This document shows positions 42,749 to 52,136 of a DNA stretch of 64,000 nt, piece by piece. The stretch's first letter is position 1, and the number at the start of each line of letters is the position of its first letter. The notes beneath the pieces were generated by a model. That model had not been told where the DNA came from, made no database searches, and worked only from the letters and a program-made list of their open reading frames with translations. The translations under genes and the position numbers were made by a program. The stretch is from Deltaproteobacteria bacterium (GTDB lineage: Bacteria; Desulfobacterota; Dissulfuribacteria; Dissulfuribacterales; UBA3076), in contig PQXD01000008.1 in assembly GCA_003194485.1 (NCBI GenBank), positions 6,130 to 70,129 on the forward strand, in the 5' to 3' direction.

Positions 42749-44236
42749 ATGGCCTTGGAACTCCGGCAGCAACTTAAGCTGGCACAACAGCTTATAATGA
42801 CTCCCCAGTTGCAGCAAGCTATTAAACTGCTTCAACTTTCCCGTATTGAACTAATTGAGACGATCGACCAGGAATTGGAAGCCAATCCCGTCTTGGAGGA
42901 ATCTGAATCGGAAGACATCCCATACCCAAACGATACGGATCGCGGCAACCTTTTGCAAGAAAAAGAGCCTTCCTCGTACGAGGAGACCCGGCTTCCGACC
43001 CTGGCCTCCTCTGAACTTGAAAAAATTCCATGGGAAGACAAAGCAATTCAAGACATAAACTGGAAAGATTTCTGGGACGAAGACAACAGAACCTTATTTC
43101 CTGCCTATTCCTTTGAAAAGAAGGAGGCCCCAAGCTATGAAAATATCTTTACCTGCACCACAGATTTGAGAGAACATCTGATGTGGCAACTCCAGATGTC
43201 ACACTTTAATGACATAGAGCGTCAAAGTGCCTGTCTTATTATCGGCAATCTTGACCGAAACGGCTATCTCAAGACTACAGTTGATGAGATAGCCGAAGAA
43301 GTGGGATGTGTTCCGGAACAAGTAGAAGGCACACTAAAAAAAATCCAGCTCTTTGACCCTGTTGGTGTGGCAGCCAGGGATCTCAGAGAATGTCTATTGA
43401 TCCAGATAGGCCATCTGGGCATCAATAATCCCCTGGTCTCGGAACTCGTAAGTAAACACCTTAACCATATTGAAAGGCACAATTATCAAGCTATGGCCAG
43501 GGCTACAGGACGGTCATTGGAGGAAATAGCCAAGGCGATCGAGATAATAACTGCCCTGGAACCCTGTCCCGGGCGACCGTTCAGCAATGAGGAAATCCAT
43601 TACATCGTTCCAGACATTTATGTCTATAAAGTAGACGATGAGTATACGATTGTCTTGAATGACGATGGCCTGCCGAGACTGAGGATAAGCTCTTTTTACC
43701 GCAGTGCCATCAAAAACGGTATTACTACCTCCTCTGCTGCCAAAGATTTTATTCAGGACAAACTCAAGTCCGCCATGTGGCTGATTCGCAGCATTCAGCA
43801 GCGGCAAAAGACTATCTACAGGGTCACAAAGAGTATCGTAAAGTTTCAGAGGGAATTTCTGGACAGGGGAATAGCCTATCTCAAGCCTCTAATACTGAGA
43901 GATGTGGCAGATGACATCGAGATGCACGAATCCACCGTAAGCAGGGTAACCACAAATAAATATGTCCATACGCCACAAGGTATTTTTGAGCTCAAGTTTT
44001 TTTTCAGTGCAAGTCTGGGCCGGGACGACGGCTCTGATGTGGCATCCTATAGTGTAAAAGAACGGATTCGCCAGTTGATCCAGTCAGAAGATCCGATTCG
44101 ACCATACAGCGACTTGCAGATCGCAGAAATTTTGGCCAGGGACCATATCCGTATTGCAAGAAGAACTGTGGCAAAATATAGAGATCTGATGGGTATCTTG
44201 CCCTCCAGCCGGCGCAAACGACCTGCAATAAATTAG
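42749..44236 (+). CDS. rpoN: RNA polymerase sigma-54 factor
   Basis: MALELRQQLKLAQQLIMTPQLQQAIKLLQLSRIEL (region I), HTH ...HESTVSRVTTNKY, and RpoN box ARRTVAKYR. Confidence 0.95.
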   Translation: MALELRQQLKLAQQLIMTPQLQQAIKLLQLSRIELIETIDQELEANPVLEESESEDIPYPNDTDRGNLLQEKEPSSYEETRLPTLASSELEKIPWEDKAIQDINWKDFWDEDNRTLFPAYSFEKKEAPSYENIFTCTTDLREHLMWQLQMSHFNDIERQSACLIIGNLDRNGYLKTTVDEIAEEVGCVPEQVEGTLKKIQLFDPVGVAARDLRECLLIQIGHLGINNPLVSELVSKHLNHIERHNYQAMARATGRSLEEIAKAIEIITALEPCPGRPFSNEEIHYIVPDIYVYKVDDEYTIVLNDDGLPRLRISSFYRSAIKNGITTSSAAKDFIQDKLKSAMWLIRSIQQRQKTIYRVTKSIVKFQREFLDRGIAYLKPLILRDVADDIEMHESTVSRVTTNKYVHTPQGIFELKFFFSASLGRDDGSDVASYSVKERIRQLIQSEDPIRPYSDLQIAEILARDHIRIARRTVAKYRDLMGILPSSRRKRPAIN

Positions 44237-44343
44237 CCGTCCATGGCAAGACTTTGTGTCTGAGTAATGGTAATTCCTGAACTATTAAATTATAATTTAA
44301 GGAAAGCGATCAGCTAAATTCCCATTTGGAGGTATTCTATTCT

Positions 44344-44880
44344 ATGCAAATCAATGTGACATTTAGGCGTCTGGATCCTTCGGATGAACTGCGCGAATAT
44401 GCTGAAAACAGACTCCAAAAACTCAAGAAATATGCTGATGGTCCCATAGATGTGAACGTTGTTTTGTCAGTGGAGAAATTCAGACAGACAGCGGAGGTTG
44501 TGATCTCAGGAGATGGCATGAGGGCGGCGGCCAAGGAAGAGCAGAATGAAATGCGAGCAGCTATAGATCTGGTATCTGACAAAATCTACAAGCAGCTGAG
44601 AAGATATAAGGAAAAAATCCGCAGCAAAAGAGGATCTGGTCCGGTGTCCGAGGAGCCGGCGGCCCTTTCAGGCATCCCACCATCTCCGGAAACAGCAAAA
44701 GAGGGCTCGTACGTAATCACCACAAAAAAAATGGATGCCAAACCAATGGCTGTCGATGAAGCAGCTGCTCAGTTCCAGTCACTTAATCAAAACTTCATGA
44801 TGTTTACAAATGCTGAGACCAATGAGATAAATGTCATTTACTGGCGTTCAGATGGGATCTTGGGATTAGTCGAACCGTAA
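44344..44880 (+). CDS. hpf: Ribosome hibernation promoting factor (long HPF)
   Basis: MQINVTFRRLDPSDELREYAENRLQKLKKY...; C-terminal dimerisation domain; sits in the rpoN cluster. Confidence 0.88.
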   Translation: MQINVTFRRLDPSDELREYAENRLQKLKKYADGPIDVNVVLSVEKFRQTAEVVISGDGMRAAAKEEQNEMRAAIDLVSDKIYKQLRRYKEKIRSKRGSGPVSEEPAALSGIPPSPETAKEGSYVITTKKMDAKPMAVDEAAAQFQSLNQNFMMFTNAETNEINVIYWRSDGILGLVEP

Positions 44881-45347
44881 TGACTGTGAAGATAATCGAT
44901 TTCCTTTGTAACAGATGTATCATCCCCAATCTTAATACAAAATCCAAAGAAGATGCGCTGGTCTGGCTGACCAAAAGGGTAGTGGAAATAGAGCCCGCCC
45001 TGGACCAGGATGCGGTATTGTCTGTCCTCAGGGAGCGCGAACAACTGGGCAGTACTGGTATTGGGGGTGGAGTGGCAATTCCCCACGGGAAACTTCGGGG
45101 ATTGGGGCATATGCTCATAGTGGTCGGGCGGAGCCCGGATGGTATCCCTTTTGATGCGATGGATAACCTCCCGGTTCACATTGTGTTTCTCCTGCTTGCG
45201 CCTGACAACTCTGCAACCCTATATCTCAAAGTATTGGCCCAGGTCTCAAGGCTGTTAAAGACCCGGGAGGTTTACCAGCGAATTATGAAGGCATCAGATG
45301 AACTTTCCATTCAAAAAGTAATAGAAGAAATGGATGGTCAGGTCTAA
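44880..45347 (+). CDS. ptsN: Nitrogen-PTS EIIA (PtsN)
   Basis: EIIA type-2 with GSTGIGGGVAIPHGK (phospho-His) and VHIVFLLLAP. Confidence 0.88.
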   Translation: MTVKIIDFLCNRCIIPNLNTKSKEDALVWLTKRVVEIEPALDQDAVLSVLREREQLGSTGIGGGVAIPHGKLRGLGHMLIVVGRSPDGIPFDAMDNLPVHIVFLLLAPDNSATLYLKVLAQVSRLLKTREVYQRIMKASDELSIQKVIEEMDGQV

Positions 45348-45372
45348 AACCTGAAATCACTTTACAGAAAAC

Positions 45373-46302
45373 TTGACAGATTCTCCTTTTAAAAAAGATG
45401 GACCGGGGGTAGTTTTATTACCGGAAAATTTGAATAAACTGGTACAAACAGTAGTCATAACCGGTATGTCCGGATCCGGTAAGAGCACTGCACTCAAAGC
45501 ATTTGAAGATATCGGCTATTACTGTGTGGATAATCTTCCCATAGCTCTCATGCCGGAATTTCTCTCACTTACCGAAAACGCCTCCACAATGCCCACCCGT
45601 GTGGCCCTTGTGATGGATGTGCGAGAAAAGAGCTTTCTGGATCGATATCGGTCTATCTTTACCGAGATTAAGGAAAAAGGATTTCACGTCGAAATCCTGT
45701 TTCTCGATGCAAATGATGAGGTATTAGTACGGAGATTCAGCCAAACCCGCCGCCAACACCCCTTAAGACCCAGGGGCAATGTCCTTGAAGGAATACGTAT
45801 TGAGAGGGAACATCTGATGAGGCTGAGGGAATGGGCTGACAAGTTGATTGATACCTCTGATTTCAATGTTCATCAACTGAGGCAGGACATTATCAGGCTT
45901 TATTCTTCAAGAAAACGACTGGATCAATTAGTGATACACTTGCTCTCGTTTGGCTTTAAGTATGGAGTTCCCGCCGATGCCAATCTGGTTCTGGATGTCA
46001 GATTCCTGCCAAATCCATATTTCGAGCCGGAGCTATGTCCCTTAAGCGGCTGCGACCGTGAAGTCCGAACCTATGTCCTGGAAAAGAAAGACACTATGGA
46101 GTTTCTTCATCATGTCAAAGGCCTTTTGAAATTCCTTGTCCCGGAATACAGAAAGGAAGGTAAATCTTATCTTGTGATTGCCGTGGGATGTACGGGTGGC
46201 AGACACAGGAGTGTTGTCATTGTAGAGCATCTAAAAGAAGTATTTACAGGGGCTGATGAGGAGGTTATCGTCACACACAGGGACCTTGAACTGGAGGAAT
46301 AA
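45373..46302 (+). CDS. rapZ: RNase adapter protein RapZ (YhbJ)
   Basis: VVITGMSGSGKSTALKAFEDIGYYCVDNLP, and C-terminal AVGCTGGRHRSV. Confidence 0.9.
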   Translation: MTDSPFKKDGPGVVLLPENLNKLVQTVVITGMSGSGKSTALKAFEDIGYYCVDNLPIALMPEFLSLTENASTMPTRVALVMDVREKSFLDRYRSIFTEIKEKGFHVEILFLDANDEVLVRRFSQTRRQHPLRPRGNVLEGIRIEREHLMRLREWADKLIDTSDFNVHQLRQDIIRLYSSRKRLDQLVIHLLSFGFKYGVPADANLVLDVRFLPNPYFEPELCPLSGCDREVRTYVLEKKDTMEFLHHVKGLLKFLVPEYRKEGKSYLVIAVGCTGGRHRSVVIVEHLKEVFTGADEEVIVTHRDLELEE

Positions 46303-46305
46303 ATC

Positions 46306-46707
46306 ATGGTAGGTGTGGTTGTGACATCCCACGGCCGTGTTGCTGATGAGCTTTTACATACGACGGTCTTCATCGTAGGCAGGACCGAACAGATGATCGC
46401 CCTTTCTATAGATCCGTCAAGGCATATAAATGAATTACAGTCAGATATCCGCAAGGCCATCAAGGAAGTCGATACGGGCGACGGCGTATTGATACTCACA
46501 GACATGTTTGGCGGGACTCCGGCCAACATGTCCCTTGCCTTCCTGGAAGACAACAAGGTAGAGGTCATAACAGGGGTGAATCTTCCCATGTTGATCAAAT
46601 TATGCCAGTGCCGGAACAAGGATCAGCCCCTGCATGAATTGGCGGACGAAGTAGTGGATTACAGCAGGAAAAGCATCAATCAGGCCACAGCAATCCTGAA
46701 AAAATGA
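46306..46707 (+). CDS. PTS EIIA component, mannose/fructose family
   Basis: VGVVVTSHGRVADEL (active-site His), VLILTDMFGGTPAN, and ITGVNLPML. Confidence 0.85.
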   Translation: MVGVVVTSHGRVADELLHTTVFIVGRTEQMIALSIDPSRHINELQSDIRKAIKEVDTGDGVLILTDMFGGTPANMSLAFLEDNKVEVITGVNLPMLIKLCQCRNKDQPLHELADEVVDYSRKSINQATAILKK

Positions 46708-46712
46708 AGTAA

Positions 46713-46748
46713 TTGTTCATTCATTATCAAGAAGTATAAACGTTTACA
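46713..46748 (+). promoter_or_regulatory. Candidate gap promoter overlapped by a cre/LacI-type palindrome
   Basis: TTGTTC (46713-46718), a 16-nt spacer, then TATAAA (46735-46740). The 14-mer TATAAACGTTTACA (46735-46748) is palindromic at 13 of 14 positions and resembles TGTAAACGTTTACA-type LacI-family operators. It lies 33 nt upstream of the gap ATG. Confidence 0.35.
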
Positions 46749-46780
46749 TTCTGAGTATTCAGCTGTTAGGAGGTTCATAC

Positions 46781-47785
46781 ATGACTATTAAGGTCGGCAT
46801 CAACGGTTTCGGGCGCATTGGGAGGAGCATCTTCAGGGCCTCTAAACTATATAAGGAATTTGAATCCATTGAAATCAAAGCCATAAATGACCTGACAAAC
46901 ACCCAGACCCTGGCCCACTTGTTAAAATATGACTCTGTAATGAGGACCTTTCACCTCGATGTGCAGGACACAGATCAGGGAATAATTGTGGATGGCAAGG
47001 ATATACGGATAACAGCCATCAAGGAGCCCTCCCGGTTGCCATGGCAGGAAATGGGCGTGGAATACGTGATCGAAGCTACCGGCAGATTCAGCGATGCGGA
47101 TCTTGCACGCGGGCACCTGGAGGCCGGGGCGCAAAAGGTCGTAATTACAGCTCCTGCAAAGCATGAGGACATCACGATTGTGATGGGGGTCAATGAAGAC
47201 GACTACGATCCGGCCGCTCACCACGTCGTATCCAACGCCTCCTGTACCACCAACTGTCTCGCCCCTGTGGCCAAAGTAATACTGGACAGATTTGGCATCG
47301 TCTCCGGGCTGATTACCACTGTACACGCCTATACAAACGATCAGAGATTGCTTGATTTTCCCCACAGCGACCTCAGACGGGCCAGGGCCGCTGCCGTCAA
47401 CATGATCCCTACAAAGACAGGCGCGGCAGCAGCAGTAAGCAAGGTCATTCCGGAGCTCACGGGCAAATTTGACGGCCTGGCGGTCCGTGTGCCCACACCT
47501 GACGTCTCCATAGTGGACCTTGTAGCCCAGGTGGAAAAACGTGCCACTGTACCTGAAATAAACGAAGCCATTAAGGCGGCTACCGATCGCTTCCTCGGAT
47601 ACACGGATGAACCTCTGGTCTCCACGGACTTCATGGGAGACCCAAGGTCCTCCATTGTGGACGGCGCCTGCACCAAAGTTATTCAGGGCAATTTGATCAA
47701 GGTCATGTCATGGTATGACAATGAATGGGGATACTCCAACAGGATATTGGATCTGATCCTTCATATGGATGCCCAAAAGGCGTAA
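46781..47785 (+). CDS. gap: Glyceraldehyde-3-phosphate dehydrogenase, type I
   Basis: VGINGFGRIGR, SNASCTTNCLAP, and WYDNEWGYS. Confidence 0.95.
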   Translation: MTIKVGINGFGRIGRSIFRASKLYKEFESIEIKAINDLTNTQTLAHLLKYDSVMRTFHLDVQDTDQGIIVDGKDIRITAIKEPSRLPWQEMGVEYVIEATGRFSDADLARGHLEAGAQKVVITAPAKHEDITIVMGVNEDDYDPAAHHVVSNASCTTNCLAPVAKVILDRFGIVSGLITTVHAYTNDQRLLDFPHSDLRRARAAAVNMIPTKTGAAAAVSKVIPELTGKFDGLAVRVPTPDVSIVDLVAQVEKRATVPEINEAIKAATDRFLGYTDEPLVSTDFMGDPRSSIVDGACTKVIQGNLIKVMSWYDNEWGYSNRILDLILHMDAQKA

Positions 47786-47821
47786 CTGTTCAAATTCCTT
47801 GGCAGCCGGCAGACTTTTGCG

Positions 47822-50800
47822 ATGATTGTATCGGAAGCCCTTCGTGCAAACCTTGAGGCCACAGCCGTTCGGGAGTTAGTGTTCGACTCCCGCTTCCAGG
47901 TTCTCCGGGATGCGGTCAAGGATTATCATGGAATAATTAAAGCCCTTGACAGCCTCCTCTTTGAACTGCATCATCCATTTCGTAACTGGGAAGTTGTGAT
48001 CAGGGAGCTGAGGTCATTTTCTCTCAAGAATCTTTCTGCTTACAGCCGTTCATCTCAGGGACCCGAGGCCATTAAAGTACTTTTAGGCACCTTCTTTGAT
48101 ATCATTTCCGAAGTCCCTGATGAAAATCAAAAGACCGAGGCCGTAAATGGAATCCTGGCCTTTCTGGAAAAAATCATCCAAAAAGCAGATACTGAAAAGC
48201 TTCTGACAATACTGCCTGATATTGAACATGCCTTCCGCAGGCTCAATGAATCCAACGCTCTTGTGATTAAGGCTGTTGCCAGGAGCTGTCACCCTGTATC
48301 TCGCCTGATACAGAATATTTCCAACCGCCTGAAGGGACAAGAGATATCTCCGGGCTTATGGGATGCAGCGGGAAGGCTCCTTATTAAAGTCCGGGAATCT
48401 ACCTTTCAGTACTGGCTTGGGCAAGAAGACCCTGAGAGCTGGCTTAACCGTACTGTTGAGCAGTTTTCCATAGAACCTGACCCTGAGAACCTGGAAAAGA
48501 CGCTGAGGCTCATCAAACCGGTCTCGCACAGGCAGCTCAAGTCCTTTCTGGAAGACCTGGAAATCGAGAAAAAAACCTCTCTCAACGAAAAAAAGGCCCT
48601 GGATCTGGCCAGGCGCCCGGGCCACCTGGATATAGTGAATCAGTACAGAAAGATTGTCAGGGAACTGGCCAGGCTGTCTTGTCAAATCCTTTCTGTATCA
48701 TCAAAAGAGCAGTCTTCACCCAATCAGGAAACAGGATTATACTCTTTGCTTCCGTTCCATTTTATTGAAATGGAAGGCCTGTCCGCAATCCACGAAGAAG
48801 TCCTTCGCCAGATCAATCGCAGCCTTTTGCATCTTATACGCACCGCAGACCAGGAACGGCTTCAAGAGATCCTTTCCGGAAGCTTTGCGCTGCTGAAGCA
48901 GCAAGTAGGCAATTTCCCAAGGACTGCTCTTCAGTGCATCGAGGCCCTGGGTTCAGAAGTAGTCCGCAGGGACGACACAAGGCTCATCGAGATCTTTCTC
49001 AGTCAGGTAATCCATTTTGGCTTCCAGCCCCCTGGTATTAAGGGCGTGGATACCGAATGGCATATATTAAACAATCCTGCTCATCTGCAGAATATTCGCG
49101 TCTGGCTAAAATTTGCAGAACAGAAAACCAGTGTCTGCGGCACCCTGTTGTCGGCCCTTATCATAAACCTCAAGCTGGCAGGCACATGTATCCGGGATAC
49201 GGACCTGTTTCAGAAGGACGTCAGCCGGTTACTCAACTGCGACATAGAACAAAATTACAATCTGGTCAAACAGTTGGCCAAGATCCTGCCGGTTTACTTC
49301 AATGAGATAGGAGCAGAGGGTCTCCTGAGGGACGTGTCGACAGAACTGGATGAGATATCTCACCGTAAGGATATCCTTATCCACTTTCTGAGAAAACAGA
49401 GCCATGTTGAGAGCAACAACCGCATTGTCGATTTCATAGAGGCCATTTTGTGCTTCTGGTTCGGCAGGCAGAAGGACATACTGGAACCCTTTCTGCCCCC
49501 TGAGATCCTGGAGCAGGTCTCTGGCCATGGCCCATTCGTGGATCATGTACACAGGCTTGTACGGCATCTTGCAGATGTGCTGGATATCAAACGATTTACC
49601 CACAGTGTTGATACCTTGCTGGATTTGAAACAAGACCGGCTTTCTCAAATTTTGAGCCAGATCCCTGATGTCCCTCCTCAAGAGAAAAGACGTGTTGAGC
49701 TTCTTATCCGGATGTACCGGCTTGAGGTCCATAAGTACAAGCTCGGCACCCAGGAAATCCGTCATCATCTGGAGGAAGCCAGAAATCAGGGTTTTGAGGG
49801 GCTGGATAAAGTACTTGAAGTCCTGGATGTGGATGATGATCCGGAGCGGTGCCTTGAAGTAATCCTGGACCAGCTTGATGCCCTTAAAGGCATTATACTC
49901 AGCAAGGAGCGGTTTGAAATCAGGGAGGACATATACCACAAACGGCACATAACCGTGGATATTCCTTCAATGTACGGCCGATATCATGAGCGCAAGTTTG
50001 ATGCCCTCAGCCTCAGTTTCCGACTGGAGAACCTGGCAAATTTATACTTCGAACGGCTGATAGCCAAGATAGATTCAACCTTCATTTCAAGGCCCATCTT
50101 TGTACGCATACTCAGGTATCTCCGGCTCTTCTGGAGGGCCGTACAGCTGGACGGAGTGTATTCCGGGAAGTTCGCCGCCTATCTGGCCCTGCTGGAAAAA
50201 TCTCTCGAGGTCCGGCGATTTGCCTTTTCCCAGTATTTGGACGTAGTGAGAGGGTTATCCGAGGGGGTTAAAGACATTATCCATGCCTATTACATAAGCC
50301 CGCATCAGGACAATATCTCTCTCATTATTCGCCAACTTGGCAAATACAACCTGCTCCCAAAGTACAAAACCGCTTTAAAAGAGGTTGAAGACGAGGTCCA
50401 GATGACCCATCAGATAACGGAGTGGTTCCTGAGGGACCTTATTTCCAGCACCTTTGGCCTGCAATATCTGGACAACTTCATAGCCCGGGTATACCAGTTG
50501 CTTGGAGAGCAGAAAGAAAGACTGGATCACAAGGACCTTGACTTGGTATTGAGCTATGATCCGAATCAGGTATTGTGTACCATACACAGTCCGAAACAAC
50601 AGACAAAAAACCTCCTGCACCTCGGCAATAAGGGCTTCAACCTGGTGCTCCTGGCACAAAAGGGCCTGCCGGTTCCGCCGGGGGTAATAGTCACCACCGA
50701 GGTCTTCAGATGCTATCCTATTATCCAGAAACTGCGCAGCGCATACATGGAATTCAAGTCACAGCTTCAGAAAGCCATAGGGGAGATAGAGAATCAGACC

Positions 50801-52099
50801 GGGCGCAGGTTTGGCGATCCGTCAAATCCCCTGCTTTTATCCGTAAGGAGCGGAGCGGCCATTTCCATGCCTGGGATGATGTCAACAATCATAAACGTGG
50901 GCAGTAATCCCGAAATCATAGAAGGCCTGGCGAAAAAGACCGGCAATGCCTGGTTTGCCTGGGACAACTACCGCAGGTTCGTCCAGTCATGGGCCATGTC
51001 CTTTGATCTGGAACGCGAGATGTTCACCGAGATCATGAATAACCACAAGCTCCGTTACGGGGTGAAACAGAAAAGGGAATTTACCGGATACCAGATGAAA
51101 GAATTGGCCCTGGCTTATCAGCAAGCTACGCTGGACCACGGCCTGGAGCTGGAAAAGGATCCTTTTGAGCAGCTCCTTGTGGCCATACAACTGATTCTGA
51201 CTTCATGGGAGTCTGAAAAAGCAAAGAACTACAGGGAAATAATGGAGATGTCCGATTACTGGGGCACGGCTGTGATACTGCAGGCCATGGCCTATGGAAA
51301 TCTTTCAGAGACATCCGGCAGCGGCGTGGCCTTCACGCCGATCCATACCGACAATATAGACAGTATCAGCCTATGGGGTGACTTTACCACCGGAAATCAG
51401 GGGGATGACATTGTGAGTGGTCTGGTCAGTACATATCCGATTTCAATAAAGCAGCAAAAGGCCATGGGGCTTGATTCCGAAATGACTCTGGAGAAAAATT
51501 TTCCGGAGATTTACAATACCTTGTTATCCATAAGCAGAGAGCTCATCTATGAGAAAAGATGGGACCCCCAGGAGATAGAATTTACCTTTGAAGGCCCGGA
51601 GAGCAACAGGCTCTTCATACTCCAGAGCCGGAACATGACCACCAAGAGGCGATGCATCGTTCAGGTCTTTGTGCCATCAGGGGAGTTGGAGGCCAGCTAT
51701 CTGGGCAGGGGCATCGGCGTAAGCGGAGGCGCCATGACCGGGAAGGCTGTATTCACCCTGTCCGAGATCAAGTCCTTACGCAGGAAAGAACCAGAAACCC
51801 CTTTGATCCTGATCCGGTCGGACACGGTCCCGGACGATATCAAGGAAATTACTTTAACAGACGGCCTGCTCACGGCAAAAGGAGGACAGACTTCTCATGC
51901 AGCCATTATTGCATTTCGCCTGGACAAGAGCTGCATCGTGGGCTGTAAGCAACTGCAGGTCTTTGAAAATCAGGGTTTTGCGCAATTACACGACCGCATT
52001 ATTCGTTCCGGCGACTTCCTGAGTATTGACGGCAGAAACGGATCGATATACATGGGCAGGCATGCCACTCAGACAGAGGAAGAGATGTCTCTGGTCTGA
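47822..52099 (+). CDS. 1425-aa protein: about 900-aa unassigned N-terminal region fused to a PPDK-type ATP-grasp nucleotide-binding domain and phospho-His swivel domain, with no PEP/pyruvate TIM-barrel domain
   Basis: From about 50600 the sequence is colinear with the N-terminal two-thirds of pyruvate phosphate dikinase. Matching motifs are LGNKGFNL, GDPSNPLLLSVRSGAAISMPGMMSTIINVG, WGTAVILQAMAYGN...SGSGVAFT, EIEFTFE...LFILQSRN, and LLTAKGGQTSHAAIIAFR (His codon at 51896-51898). The stop falls 67 codons after the His. Confidence 0.8.
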   Translation: MIVSEALRANLEATAVRELVFDSRFQVLRDAVKDYHGIIKALDSLLFELHHPFRNWEVVIRELRSFSLKNLSAYSRSSQGPEAIKVLLGTFFDIISEVPDENQKTEAVNGILAFLEKIIQKADTEKLLTILPDIEHAFRRLNESNALVIKAVARSCHPVSRLIQNISNRLKGQEISPGLWDAAGRLLIKVRESTFQYWLGQEDPESWLNRTVEQFSIEPDPENLEKTLRLIKPVSHRQLKSFLEDLEIEKKTSLNEKKALDLARRPGHLDIVNQYRKIVRELARLSCQILSVSSKEQSSPNQETGLYSLLPFHFIEMEGLSAIHEEVLRQINRSLLHLIRTADQERLQEILSGSFALLKQQVGNFPRTALQCIEALGSEVVRRDDTRLIEIFLSQVIHFGFQPPGIKGVDTEWHILNNPAHLQNIRVWLKFAEQKTSVCGTLLSALIINLKLAGTCIRDTDLFQKDVSRLLNCDIEQNYNLVKQLAKILPVYFNEIGAEGLLRDVSTELDEISHRKDILIHFLRKQSHVESNNRIVDFIEAILCFWFGRQKDILEPFLPPEILEQVSGHGPFVDHVHRLVRHLADVLDIKRFTHSVDTLLDLKQDRLSQILSQIPDVPPQEKRRVELLIRMYRLEVHKYKLGTQEIRHHLEEARNQGFEGLDKVLEVLDVDDDPERCLEVILDQLDALKGIILSKERFEIREDIYHKRHITVDIPSMYGRYHERKFDALSLSFRLENLANLYFERLIAKIDSTFISRPIFVRILRYLRLFWRAVQLDGVYSGKFAAYLALLEKSLEVRRFAFSQYLDVVRGLSEGVKDIIHAYYISPHQDNISLIIRQLGKYNLLPKYKTALKEVEDEVQMTHQITEWFLRDLISSTFGLQYLDNFIARVYQLLGEQKERLDHKDLDLVLSYDPNQVLCTIHSPKQQTKNLLHLGNKGFNLVLLAQKGLPVPPGVIVTTEVFRCYPIIQKLRSAYMEFKSQLQKAIGEIENQTGRRFGDPSNPLLLSVRSGAAISMPGMMSTIINVGSNPEIIEGLAKKTGNAWFAWDNYRRFVQSWAMSFDLEREMFTEIMNNHKLRYGVKQKREFTGYQMKELALAYQQATLDHGLELEKDPFEQLLVAIQLILTSWESEKAKNYREIMEMSDYWGTAVILQAMAYGNLSETSGSGVAFTPIHTDNIDSISLWGDFTTGNQGDDIVSGLVSTYPISIKQQKAMGLDSEMTLEKNFPEIYNTLLSISRELIYEKRWDPQEIEFTFEGPESNRLFILQSRNMTTKRRCIVQVFVPSGELEASYLGRGIGVSGGAMTGKAVFTLSEIKSLRRKEPETPLILIRSDTVPDDIKEITLTDGLLTAKGGQTSHAAIIAFRLDKSCIVGCKQLQVFENQGFAQLHDRIIRSGDFLSIDGRNGSIYMGRHATQTEEEMSLV

Positions 52100-52136
52100 A
52101 AATTTAGATATAGAGATTTGTAGGGAAGATGCTGTA

